From assembly GCA_032718475.1 (NCBI GenBank), contig JAUCBJ010007613.1, positions 84,670 through 148,669 on the forward strand: a DNA stretch of 64,000 nt, given 5' to 3'. Below the pieces are notes generated by a model that ran no database searches, was not told the origin of the DNA, and worked only from the letters and a program-made list of their open reading frames with translations. Of the stretch, positions 48,381-61,700 are shown piece by piece; the first letter of the stretch is position 1; each line of letters opens with the position of its first letter. Made by a program: the position numbers and the translations under genes. The stretch comes from Nemertoderma westbladi. Its lineage: Eukaryota; Animalia; Xenacoelomorpha.

Positions 48381-51029
48381 ATGGAGGATGTTAAAGAACT
48401 GGGATACCTGGGAGTTGATACAGAGGGACAAGCCCAGGCACCTCCCAATGCTATCCCTGACCAGGATTCGGATGGGAACCTGACGCTGATTGGGCCGAAG
48501 CATCGAAAGCGGAGGCGGAGAATCAATCAGGAGGAGGCAAGGGCGAAAGAAGGAATAGTTTCGAAGCCTTACATGGTTCCGGCACCGGAGACTTTGGACA
48601 CCGTACTACACCTCGTATCACCCGGAGGTTTAGTTATCGCCATCGCGTACCCCTTAAAGGACGGCGAGAGGATCTGGAATAAGATTCCAAAGGCAATGAC
48701 GGACATGATATCGAACAAGAAGAACTACAATGTAGGGTCGGCGATTCAAACCAACCTGACGGCTATAGGGGCGCCGGCGAACATCGAACCAGCAGCGGAT
48801 ACCGCACTTCAGTTCAGGGTGATGTCATCACCAAACACCAACGCATTGTATGCGCCGCCGAACGACGCCTTTGGACTGGGTTCCTTTGCCGGAGAGACCG
48901 GGCTGTTCAACTTCAAACCCATGTCCAGGGAGAAGTACGACCGACAGGCGGGTGCCATACGATTAACAATGGAACAGTTCAAGGCGACACCCAGATGGCC
49001 CCCACGACTGTATACCTTCCCATCGAGGAACCGACGACTAGACGCGGTTCAAGAACAGTACATCCTACAGGAGGATTACGCAGCGGCGTCAATTCCCCTC
49101 CTATTGACAGCCCACATGGTAGGCCTGGTTCCCCGAGCCTTCCGCGAGAATGGAGGCAGGATCCTCTCAGTCTGAGAGGCTATCCGTAGGGTACTGTGGC
49201 CCCTTGTGGACTTCCCAATGGATCCGAACCGGACCGAGGTTATTTATAACGCCAACCATCTGATGGATAAAGAAAACAAGCCATCTCCCCGACAAATCTA
49301 CAGAATTCGCCGCCTCTGGGAGAGTAAGGTACAACGGGAGGAGGCGAATCAACAGCAGGGAAAGGGATCCGATGGTACCTACGAGGGAGGTTACTCCTTA
49401 CAACCAGCTCCGGCCATCGAGGTCCATAGTGAAGATGATGACAGAAGCCAAATCCTGGCAGCAAAGATGGCAGCTTACGATAACCAGGATTACCATGATG
49501 ACGGTAGACCCGTCGATGAATTCAACGACCCAGATAGCGCCACGGACTCATATTATTCGGAGGACAACCAAACCCAGGGGTTCACGCGTCGAGCCGTCAC
49601 AGGAGACGTTCGCCACGAAACCCAAACCCGGCCTCCGCTTCCGGCGTACAACGGCCGGGGGGGTGACTACCGAGACGATCCAAAGAGAGTCTGCCGGAGA
49701 AAACAGGATGACCGGACACGGCCATCTACCAGTTCCAAAGTCTGGGATGGATATGAGGGCGGGGACCAACCCCAGCCACAACGCGAGGCAAAGTGGGGGT
49801 TCGAAGAGGAACGAGAACACCAACCGGCCTCGGATGCCACCCACTTCCGATACGGAGCGGCTACCGGGAGCCGCGGCTACCGCGGGTCTTTGGGGAAGAG
49901 CCATGGAAGGATCTCCCGCGGGGCGGCTTTGGTGGCGAGTCATATGCGGGTCCAGAGGAGACCGTTTGACCAATCGGTGAGGAGGATGGTCGTAGATGGG
50001 AGAACACGAGACCGGGTTGTGTACTCCGGAGAAGCGACGTACCGAAGGAACTCACCCGTACATAGTACTCGGGGGTTCTTCACCCAGGGTCGCGAGGAGC
50101 GTCACCCGACGGAGAGACCGTCGATGACGTTGGGGCGACGGCCGGGGGAACTACGTCGCCCATACGCAGGACAAATGAGCGCCTACGTGGAAGATAGCAC
50201 CGGGCAGGAGGAACACGATAACTTCGGGGGGGACATGCCGCCCCTGGAACCAATAAGGAGACCGGAACAGAGGGAAACGCGGTCTTCAGTCAGGAGACAG
50301 GCGAATCGCTGGGAAGAACCCACCGTTCTGTAACAGCTGCTGCAGACGGAGACCTTGCGCAAGATGGACGAACTTGCGAAGGATCAGGGCGCAGCGAACG
50401 TGGTGAGAGAGAGGAAACACGTTTACTACATGAAATGTAGACCGATCAAGGACAATGCTGGATACGACTTTCAGCTACCGGCCTGTTATACCTGTGGAGC
50501 CCTGAGTCATATCCAGGACAGGTGTATGTTCGGCCCGCCGGACAAACTTCTTGGGGATCCGTGTTCATACTGCGGTGAACGAGGTCACTTCCTGATGGCC
50601 TGCCAGGTACTGCACCGACTGTGCGGATGGTGCGGCTTCCGGGGACACCAGAACAGCGATTGTGACCAGAGGGAGCCGAGGGGGCACTTAGAGCGATTTG
50701 AGTGCAACGCCAACATGGGAGTGGAGACCAGGCGTCGCATCCTCAGGCGGGGGATTGCCATGGGGTTCTTCCACATGAAACCAGATTTTGTACTCGCGAT
50801 ATCGAGGCGCGAGGAGACCGTGCAATATACCCATATCCTGCACGTCGCCATGATAATAGGCGTACAGAAGATACAGGACAGGCTAGACGAGTGGTGGCCG
50901 GGACACCCAGGACATCTCGAATGGTTCCTGGACCACTGCACCGGGACCTACTACCTCGAACACATGGTAAAATACCACAGGGAGGTGGAGGACCTCCTTT
51001 TTTTTACTTATTTTTACCCTGAAATTTAA
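48381..51029 (+). pseudogene. DEDDy 3'-5' exonuclease (WRN/EXD-like) + disordered linker + three CCHC zinc knuckles, copy 1; a single frame with two in-frame stops
   Basis: ORFs 48381, 49206 and 50355 share one frame, with TGA at 49173 and TAA at 50331. Motifs YLGVDTEG, LHLVSP, IPKAM, VGSAIQTN, GLGSFA, QEQYILQED; knuckles CYTC..H..C, CSYC..H..C, CGWC..H..C. Confidence 0.8.
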
Positions 51030-52246
51030 GATCTTTTAATACTGTTTTATTATTGTATGAAAATTTTTGCATTTGTATTAAACTGAGGAAGTACTTACTT
51101 TAGTATCAGTGCAAGTAACATTTAAAGGGATGTAGGACAATTGTCCAGGACCGAATTGTCCGGGACCGAATTGTCCTAGGACCGAATTATCCGGGACGGA
51201 ATTGTCCGGGACCGAATTATCCGGTTTCTGATAGCAACTTTTTAGTGAATGTTATAGTTCATTGTAGGTTTTCGCATTACAGTACATACAAATAGTTAAT
51301 AGACATGTGTTTGAAATAATAGAAAAATTCAAATAGCGTACTAAATGAAAGACATTTTATAAACAACTTCGTAGTGGAAACAATATTATTCATTTAGCTA
51401 GTAGGCCCTATTTATGGATGATAGACATAGACGTAAGATGTGCAGTGGAAAGAAAAAATGTGATGTAATAAAATAAAATTTAGATATTTATTTTTAAAAC
51501 ATAATTTGAAATTATAAATTAATTAAATAACGAAATTAAATTAATTTTAAGATGGAATTGACCGATGTAAAACAAATACGATTGGGAGGGCGGTCTGAAG
51601 AAACGTATTGTATCGCGAACATAATACACATCGTCAATGGAATCAAGAAATCTAAGAAGACAACCAAGCCAAAACGACAAAAGCCGAACTACCATACTAT
51701 GGTATTCTTGTAAGTTATTGTTTTTATATCTTAATAATACATATTGTAACTCTTTAATCGTATTGGTCCATTCGAAATCAATCAAAATATGTTAATTAAC
51801 ATAAAGTATAATTTAGATTACTACGCAGCGCCATCCCATTCGCCAATCTCGTTTGCGCCGGAATCTCCATGACGTCTGAAGCGACGTCGAGATTTCTCCG
51901 TAATTGATCTTCCACCCCCAACCCGCGCCTAGTACTGTGGTTAATTTAACAACCGCCCCACTCCATTCGCGCTTAGTACTGTGGTTCATTTAATATTCGC
52001 CCACTCCACCCCCACTTAGTACTGTGGTTAATTTAACACCTGCCCCACCCTACCCGTGCTTAGAACTGTGGTTAATGTAACACCTTCTCCACCCTACCCG
52101 CGCTTAGTACTGTGGATAATTTAACACCCGCCACACGCCATCCGCGCTTATTCCCATGGTTGATCTTCCACCCCCCACCCGCGCTTAGTACTGTGGTTAA
52201 TTTAACAACCGCCCCAATCCATCCGCGCTTAGTACTGTGGTTAATT
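51008..52246. repeat. 1.24-kb direct repeat, copy 2
   Basis: Matches 46799-48039 with a few substitutions and two small indels. Confidence 0.95.
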
Positions 52247-52247
52247 C

Positions 52248-54502
52248 AGGACCTACGGGACACCATCGCTAGACAACGCAATCTTCAAGCATTTCCACTA
52301 TGTGGTGAAAGGAGACGAGGCGAAGTTCAGGATTCCGAAGTACGCAAGAGAGCCACCGAGAAAGGATTGGAAGAGGTTCATAGAGTCCGTCAGCAGAGGA
52401 GGATACATGGTCCTAGACGATGAGGGGACTGTGGAAGACGAGGAGGGTTCGAGGAGAGGATCGGCGGGGTCGGCCAGAACCATACTCCTACATTTGGCCG
52501 CGCCAAATGGGGACATTTTCCTATTCGACCTGGGAACGTATGGGAAGAAGAACGGCCCGAAGTTGAACCGGTTGCCAAAGGCGGTACAAACCCTAGTGAG
52601 AGAGAAGTCGACGACGAAAGTGGGATCGGCGATTCGCGACGATGCGGAGAGAATCATCAGTCCGGACACCCCCAACCTTCTGGAAATGCAGACGGTCTAC
52701 ATGGCTATGACATCACCAGACGGGTTGGGACTAGTGGAGAACTCAGGCCATTGTGGAGCGGTGGCGATGGGCCAGCTAATGGGGCTCGTGTGTCACAAAC
52801 CAATGGACTGGAGTAAGTTTAGAGAGGAGTACCGAGCGGAGTTGGCGAACTCGCTGAAGTGGGGAGCGAGGCCAGGAAAACAAGAGGTGTATCAATTCCG
52901 GAGAGGAGCGATAAAGGTATATCAGAAGCGATATATCCTGCAGGAGGACTGGATAATGATGGGTTTGCTTAACCTATTCATGACCGTGGTTATCGAGAGA
53001 GAGAACCAACAGCATTCCTGCTATCGGGATCACCCCTAAGCTACAGAAGAGCCTTCAAGGCGGCTTTCGAGGGTCTGGTAGACCACCCGGGGCTGAAGGG
53101 CGAGTCGGTATATTATAACTGCCGACATCTAGTAGACGGGGAGGTGGATACGCCGTATCAGAGATGGGAGCAGCTAGAAGCGGTTAGACGAGAAGCGATG
53201 CGATTGGAAGAAATCGCTAGACAGGAAAGGAGAGAGGCATAGGAAAGGGAGGAAGAAGCTAGAGCACAGAGCTACTGTTTCGAGGAACAGGCGGCCTTAG
53301 ACAAACTTCGTTGGACGTCATCAGGGAGTTCGGGGGAGTCTCTAGGGCGAGAATTAGGGTGGACGGTGGGATCACCGAAACAGTCGACATCGGGATCGCA
53401 GGTGACGGGCCCCATACCAGCAGGCGCCGAGGGCGATCAGCCGCTAAGGATGCTAGGGGAGCTGGAAGGATGGAAAGTCACGGGCGAGAGCCAAGGTGGG
53501 AAGGGACACAGTGGGTCCACCCAGATACCGGGGTTGGAGCCACTCCCAGAGGAGGACAAGGATGACGACGAGTTCGGAGAGATGCCGCCCATCAGGAGGA
53601 TCGGCCACTCGGACACGGACTGGGTTGGCGGGAGGGTGGTGACGGCCAGTGGGGCGAGAGCCTTCTGGGATAGACCCGGCAAGCGGGCCTGGGTGCATGA
53701 GGAGCCGGCGATGGATTTCGTGGGGAGCACCATCAGGTTGGGCGAGCAACCGGGAACGGCACCACGAGTAGTATTCGGGGAGACGATGCCCAGGAGGGGC
53801 GAGGAGATAGACGTGGACAGGGATGCTAACGTCCAGAAGTTCGCTTACCAGCGACTCCACAGACCACGGAGATCGCTTGGGACGAAAGACGACGTGGGGC
53901 AGGAGACATTGGTGCTCAGCTGTGATTACTGTGGGAGGCAAACCCACCAGGAAAGGAGCTGTCTGTACCGGTTCCAGAAAGGGACTAGTTGTCTCTAATG
54001 CCGCGAGTCGAGCCACAGGATGGGGGCGTGTCCACGGTTGCACAACCGGTGTTCGAAGTGCAACTTCCGGGGACACTACGGACGCCAGTGCGACAGGATG
54101 GACGACCAAGAGAAGTTTAGGATCTTCGAGGAGTGGGCCGACGTCGGGGCCATGACTCAGCAACATATGAAGGCCCAGGAGTTCCAGTGGGGCTTCTTTA
54201 ATATCAACCAGGAGGCCCACCTGGAGATTATTAAACAGAGACTTCCGTTTACCTACCAGGAGGTAGCGACGGTGGCATCGTATGCCGGGGTGATAAATAC
54301 GCAAAGGTATTTGGACAGGTGGATGCCACAGAACAGAGGGGAGTTCAGAGATTTCTTGGCGGAGCATGTGCCGCGGGTGATGAAAGTGATCCTATGGGAC
54401 GCCACCAGGGGGAGACGAACAGGGCCACTCGGAGGGGCCACCCGCGAAGCGATACCGGGAGCTAATAACACCAGCGCCCAAGGAGTCGACGACCGGGATT
54501 AG
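52248..54502 (+). pseudogene. DEDDy exonuclease + triple zinc knuckle, divergent copy 2 (frameshift ~53020, stops at 53240 and 53996)
   Basis: YMVLDDEG, LLHLAAP..IFLFDL, LPKAVQTLV..KVGSAIRDDAERI, QKRYILQED; LVDHP..VYYNCRHLVD matches copy 1 LVDFP..VIYNANHLMD; knuckles CDYC, CL*C, CSKC; LDRWMP matches LDEWWP. Confidence 0.8.
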
Positions 54503-56618
54503 TAGAGAGGTGACGGTGAGGGTCAGGAGTCTGAAGGGAGATAAGACCAAGGGAGCAGCAGCGGCCAGGAAACGACCAAGAGAAGAGGACGACAGAGGGA
54601 AGGACTTGAGATGGTTCCCAAAGTCAGGTGGAACGAACTAGGACTTGGATGTGGGATGCCTGGAAGGCACCATGTGAGAAGTACGAACTCCTACCTGCAA
54701 AATTTAAATAATTAAAAGTGCAATTAGTATGTACGTATGTAGTAATCATTAGTCTAGTAAGCAAATATAATCAAAGTAAGTACTATAGTCATATAACCTT
54801 TTCCAATTAGCTACTGGGACTGGGGACCAATTGACTATGACAAACGAGACGTTGGACGACTTCACACTTCTTGAGTGCGAAGGCACAGGGAGGGGGGTGA
54901 GACTCGTCAGGAGTAAGCGGGCTGAGATGGGGGTTGAGTGATAGCGCGGAGAGAGTGTGGGTGCAATTCAAGTGTGGGGGGGGAGAGGCAAGAGGCAGAA
55001 CAAGGGACAAGGAGGTCTGAGAGGTAGGGTGAGAGGGTGCTTAGAGTCAGTTAAGTGTGGGGTTAGAGTGGTGAAAGTGTTGGGGAAACAAAAGTTGTGT
55101 GAGAGAAGCGCACGATCGGCCCGACACGGGACGCCAGATGTCTTTGGTGCAAAATAGGTAAAGTTGTACCAAGACGGGGTAGCGATATCATACCCATAGG
55201 GAGCAGCCTGGAAAGCCGGCTCCGAAAAAAATAGCTCCACCCCACACCCGATGGTAGATCGGGATCCAGCGGAATTGTAGCGCACTGAAGGTGGATGCTA
55301 TCTTCTCACCGGGAAGATAGCATGGGGGGGAGTGTTAGCGTATTCAATTCTGCTAACCACCCCACAAAGTTAGCTTTAAGCAATATTGGGAGCAAGAGGT
55401 TGATTGTCAATCAACCTCGTATCACCCCAATAAACGGGGACGAGAAACCCCAAAGGACATACACACAAAGGGGGTCAGAGGTTATACCTCCGAGAGAGAG
55501 AGAGTGACAGTAGTGAGGGGAGAACACTCACAGAGAGATGGGAGGGCGAGAATTAGGTTATCAGCCAATGGGGGGCAGGCATCCGCTCAGTAATATGGCC
55601 AAACTAGAGCAGTATATTACCGGTCGGTGTATCACATTCATTTACTCAGTTAGTCAGTTCAGTTAGGGCAGAACGGTAACTCTTGTCACCGTCCACTGCC
55701 GCCATCATCATTCAACTATATTACCGGTACTCAACTATCACTTTATTGCCAACTGTGCTCATATTTTATTATATATTTTTATACATACGTTACCAACAAT
55801 GGTCAGAGCAACTCAATAATATCAGAACTCTTTTCACACACACGGCGGGGACGCGTAAACAAGATAACCGGATAAATCGGGATTCTCGGATCCCGTCACA
55901 TATTTTCCTACTTTATATTGCAGTGTGACATTATTTATCAGTATTACGCCTACGCCATACATTTGACTATGTATTTCCAGTATATCCAGTGTGTCACCGC
56001 GTCATTATTAGGTTGTTGTTGTTCTAGAAAGTTTAAGTGCATAACTACAAGTAATTTCCCATAAATAAATAAAATTAGATTCGCCATTGTTCATAATTAG
56101 CACATTAAAGCTTTTACGGCCCTCGTTCTATTATAATCCAAAATCATTTCGAGACTAATTACTTACTCGGAAGAGCCGGTGGATTAATAATGTCACCTAA
56201 TATTAGCTACCAACATACTGGATAGCAGCTAGTTTGTACCTTATATGCACAAGATGAATCATTCAATAAGCCAATGAGAATTCGAACCAGAAAGATAATT
56301 GGGCAATATTGCCACCAACTACAACAGGTTCATTCAGTTGAAGGTCAAGTATATACTCTCTGCTCCTCATTAATTGTAAAATCATCAAGCTTGCCGTATG
56401 CCGTAACAAACCCATTACCAACAAATGTCTATAATTAATTATCACATTTACTCCATGACAACATACCGTGAATTATGAGCTGCTCTTCCAACAGTATGGT
56501 ATTCAAGTTTTTCATGTATCATATACTTCGATAATCGATTATATAATTCCAAATAATTGCAGTTCGTTTTACTAATATAATATTCTACAAAATACCCCAC
56601 ACCTATCTTACCCCTCTT

Positions 56619-57077
56619 GTGAATAGTTCTTGTGTGTGTCATTACGACCAAGTTCATGAAATTAAGATCTTGGGATCATCCCATGCGGCTCATTTATCAA
56701 GCTTTGTCAACAGTGAAACAGAACGCAACTTCGGGCTGTCGCCATCAGTCGCGAATGTAACGTTTGTGCCGCTCGCTGGGGTAACATTTGTTGCGAATCA
56801 CAATACCCAGGAGATTATTCATCAGTGGCAGAATAAGACTTGCATTATTGTTATACTATTTGGAGCCAATGATCTCTGTACTTACAATACAGATTTCGTT
56901 GTCTCCAAATTACAAACAATGGTGCAAGCTTATTCAGACAATGGATCCTCATTGCTATTGTGGGCGCAAATGTTCCCCAGGGCGATACAGAGCGGATGGG
57001 GGGGCAGTTTAAGCCACCGAGTCGAGGGCAGCAATATCCTTGACTCGCGTGGTATACATCTCTCGGCCATGGGCTAA
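56619..57077 (+). pseudogene. SGNH/GDSL hydrolase-like ORF
   Basis: Blocks ILGSSH, AG, LFGANDL and DSRGIHL. It lies next to a Helitron-like Rep fragment. Confidence 0.65.
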
Positions 57078-57811
57078 GACAAGTTGTATTCTACCATAAA
57101 ACACACCCTTGCCACTGCTACTAAACCGTAATATAAACTTAAATAAACCTTTATATAATTTTCGAGTGGCTCTTTTAAATAAGTAAATATATATATATAT
57201 AAATAAAAAATTATACGCTGTTGGAATCGTTTTGCGGATAACCTTCACCATTGGATTGAGTGAGGTATCTTTAACTTTAACTTTAATGTAACAATTTTCC
57301 GTATATACATACATGTAATTAAATTGCACCGCATAATATTGGGTAGTTATAAAATAATAATATAGTAGTACGTAGATCTTATGCCATGCTATTTAATTCC
57401 TATTAGGATATTTAATGGTGCACAGACGGTGGCTTGCCAGGAAGCCACCTACTTTATACGTGTACACTACAGTATATAACAAGGTCTAACTAAAACTGAA
57501 TTACATACCTAAAACAAATGTAGAAAACACAGTATATCGTTTAAATGGTATTAATTTTTATATTATGCATGCATATAATAAGATTACGTATTGTACTTAA
57601 ACAATCCGTATATAGTACGTCTAACTACAACTAAATTACATACCTAAAATAAATGTTTAAAACAGTATATCATATATCCCCCAGAAACCCAAAGAGTGGA
57701 GTTTCACCAGTTATGGTGCAGTTTGGAAGCTCTATGAGCATCTGGAAGTGAGGAAGCTGGTATTAGCTATGGAGAAGTACACTGCCTTATTCACACTCTG
57801 TTGGAATCGTT

Positions 57812-58498
57812 TTGCGGATAACCTTCACCATTGGATTGAACGAGGTATCTTATAAACCCTTTGGTGATGTGAAGTATATATGGACACGAATGAAGGCTCA
57901 AGACCAGGGATCCCCTGTAGCAAATATGCTACATATCCATGGTGGAATAACCATCCACCCCGAGTCTGTAGAAGAGACACACGATAGGATTTGCTGTCAA
58001 ACCACACAATCTCCTGTGTTTGGGACAGATAGTCCTCAATTGGTTGAACAAGGAATCATTGAGGATAATGAATGGTCTCAGCTGTGCAGCCTACAGCACC
58101 TGCAAACACATAACTGCGACCGAGCTGGCAGTCAGTGCCATAAACATATTGACGAGGCTGGAAATACGTTTTGCCGAATGCCTTGTCACGTAGCTAGTTG
58201 GGATAATGGCTTTAAACCTAAGACTGACATGTACTACACCAATGATGCCCTCAATGATCTGGAATCTATAGACCTTCTTCAAAGAAATGATGATGGGTCT
58301 CTTAGATTAGATGATCAGGGTAATCGATTGGCACATAAAAATCTTATTGGAGGTCGCCATACTTATTCTGCTAGTGGTCATGAGTTTGCGGTACTGACGA
58401 TACCTAGGTATTGGGTTGCTTTGAGATCATTCACCAATGTAACTCCATTGTCCTTGAAGCCCTCAGTAGAATTTACTCATGTTTATTCGTGGTATTAA
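57812..58498 (+). mobile_element. Helitron/Helentron-like Rep (HUH endonuclease) fragment
   Basis: FGDVKYIWTRMKAQ…NMLHIHG resembles G.V..YF.R.EFQ…H.H; QTHNC…CHK…CRMP resembles Q.H.H…C.K…CRF. Confidence 0.6.
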
Positions 58499-58711
58499 CT
58501 ACTGAGTTTGGCAACCATATGTCAGTAGAATTTACTCATGTTTATTCGTGGTATTAACTACTGAGTTTGGCAACCATATGGAACAAGATCGTGGTGCTAA
58601 TAATATCATCTGATGCAAAGAAAATTGGTCTATATTATGAACAGTGCCATTCATATTGTTTTATGAAATATATCCGTTATCGTTGCTGGCATTGGATTGT
58701 TATATTGTGAC

Positions 58712-58783
58712 ACTACTACTAGGATCGGCATGCTGCATTGCAGCTGCATTTTTAAGAATGCTGTGCCGGCTTGTCAACAAAAT
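58712..58783 (-). mobile_element. Third RTE copy, 3' terminal ~70 bp only
   Basis: Reverse complement of ~30367-30438 including the (TAG)n tail. Confidence 0.9.
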
Positions 58784-61700
58784 AGAACAACATATAGTAA
58801 AATATGAAACCCTTCTTAGGAATATTCATATATAAAAAATTATTTGTAATATTAAATATATCTCCCACCTGTGCCCATCAACCCCAGCATTTAAAACGAC
58901 TGACTAATTAGTGATAATCAATAATTAAATGTTCCGTGAATTAATTAAGGAATTTGATTGGATATAGGTACATACATGAATTATACATGCATCATTTTTT
59001 AAAAACTGTTAAAAATATTTTAGCGTTTAGTTAATTTATTTTGTTACCTACTCTATTACTAAACTGCCTAATCTTGTAAGGCCTAATCCTGTATTAATCT
59101 TGTAATCTATCTAACAAATTTTTCCTTTCGAACGACTTTTTCCTGGAGCATTCATGGGAATTTTCCGATAAGTATGCTCCTGGGCCATATGAACTGCCTT
59201 TTGCGGAATTTGTCACACAACTAACAAACCAATCTCCTGATGTTGTTTTGGGTAACTCCATTGTCCTTGAAGCCCTCAGTAGAATTTACTCATGGGAATT
59301 CACTAATAGGCAATATTTAGTATGCCAATGATTTATGATGCAGCAGCCAGGTTCCGTGCTGAAGGTGCAAAGCAGAACATGGAATAGGTTTGGGTACGTA
59401 GGGTTGGAAACAGTATGTTTGATGCATTCCGTATTTCATCTCAAGGAATTACTGATTCCCCTCTGATGATCAGAAAGAAAGTTAAATACTGAGAAATACT
59501 GCCCTATGTCACTGTCAGAATGTCAGACCCCTGTAAAAACACACCTAGTTCACATAATAAAATTTTAATAAAAATAAATCACGAAAGAAAGTGTCATATA
59601 TTTATTTGACCTACAGTAGATTCTGAAAGTAGCTTTAGTGAAAGTCACCTAAAAAATTCAGAATAGAAAATGAACAATATCTGAACCATCTATTTCATGG
59701 GGGGAAGGATTTTATATAAAATTCAAAATGCAGGACTATACAAACGTTTCACCCTGGATGAATCACCATCTGTAAATTGGTTTTATCTTTCAGAATGCAA
59801 TAGGAAGGAAGGGAAATCTGGGGGGGGGGGGGGTCAAAGTTACCCAAAATCAAAGGCCCATGACATACTACAAATCGTAAGATATATAAATGACCAAACA
59901 GGAAAAAAAACATGAACAATTTTCAGATATTTTACTCATAGATACACATTATAATGTGTATTATTAATATTGGTCTACATAAATGTAGACCAGTATTTGT
60001 ACAAGCTTTAAGGATTTATGTATGAGTGCGAAAGTATTCATTGTCCATTAAAAAAATTTAAAGAGGTACATGAAATTTAGTATCATGGGTCTAGAATCTT
60101 CTTCATTCATCCAAGTATTCTACAGGTTGATGAAAATGACCGTAAACGTGTGCCCAATCAGCCAATCATCCAAAAGAGCTCCAAATGAAAGAACTTGGTT
60201 CTTAACTCTCTGAACTTCTTAGGAGTTGGTGGTATAGGCATTACATTTTCAGATTTGATTGAATTGGCATAACACTACTACTACTAATCATTAATGATTT
60301 ATATTATAGATAGTATAGTATAGCTGTGAGTGTTTTGCTGAATTAAAATAAAATGTATTATTTGCTGTTATGTCCTATATATATTCACTCTATTTTAGTT
60401 TTGAGGGTTTCTACCCCCACTAAATTGACCATTGAGGTTTGATTGATACTAGGCCCATTCTGAAGAAGTTGGGGCACCAGCCTCACCCTAATGTACATCA
60501 TTGCCAGTTGAATATTACTAATTTCTTTAACAAAAAATAAAAAATTTAAAAAATTTTTCCCAGTATTTTCCTGTAGAGACTGGAAATTTAGGCAAAAGTG
60601 TCTGAGTCCTTTCCGTGTAGTAACTGAATTTTGATAAAAATTTCTAAGACTTTTCCCCACAGAGCCCTGTTTTGTAGCAAAAAAAAATGATGCCACCAAT
60701 GCTGAAACGCGGAAATACCGGTACCCTTTCTTTTACTCTAAAACTAAAAAAAAAATAAACTATATCATATCTGGACTCTACTTTTATAAACTGTAAAGTT
60801 ATATAGCGATTGAAGAAGCCATATCCCAGTAAATACCGGTAATAAATATAATAATCATATTTGTAAGACAAATAATACTGGCTATTAGATGTGAGATGGG
60901 GCATAAGAATTTTAGTACCGGTACCATTTAAAGACAGTGACACTAAGCAGTCTGAGTCCACATTAGATAAGTTTTTACTTGATCAGTTTAATTTACTTTC
61001 CTTTTTGTATTATCAATTATCTATCAGTGTTTTATCTCTTTTAGAGTTTTAGGTATATTATATATAACATTAACTTGCCAACTTTTTACTAAACCAACCT
61101 GTTGATTGACTGACTCACACTTTTTTATAATCAGGATTGACTTTCAATTATTTTTACAAAATTCAGAAGAACATTATCTGGACCATCACTAGACATTGCA
61201 TTAACTTATATTAGTAAGGCAATGCCCTGATATGCCTCAGATATCAAAGGTTTAATACTGGTAGTCCAGGCCTACTGGTACCAGTAGGCCTACTTAAATA
61301 ACTTATTGCAATAAAATGCTACAGGCAATGTTTGCTTTAATACCAATTTTTCTGATATATACCATAATATATTGATGAAGGTTATGGGATTCATATTACC
61401 TATACCATAGGGAATGTAAATTTACTAGGGTTTAACTTACTTATATCTTAATTATACTACTGGTATGTAGAATAGTCTAGCCTATCCTATAGCATAGGGT
61501 ATGTAAATTTACTAGGGTTTACAGGTTTAACTTACTTATATCTTAATTATACTACTGGTATGTAGTACTGTAGTATAGTGTATGCATGCCTATACCAGGC
61601 TGAAAATGGAATGCAAAAACTGCAACACATTGTGCACGGATTTGAAATAGTCAATAGTGCTTGGTAAACAGGTAAAGGTGAGTGGAATTGAAATAAACGT

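Noticed and set aside
53453-54367. 304-aa minus-strand ORF and other overlapping ORFs in 48000-55500
   Set aside because: Shadow ORFs of GC-rich plus-strand coding sequence with no recognisable motifs.
48381-54502. Programmed stop-codon readthrough, alternative genetic code, or gag of an LTR retrotransposon
   Set aside because: The stops are of all three types at non-equivalent positions and copy 2 also has a frameshift, which fits decay. No protease, RT or integrase is present, and the repeats lack TG…CA ends.
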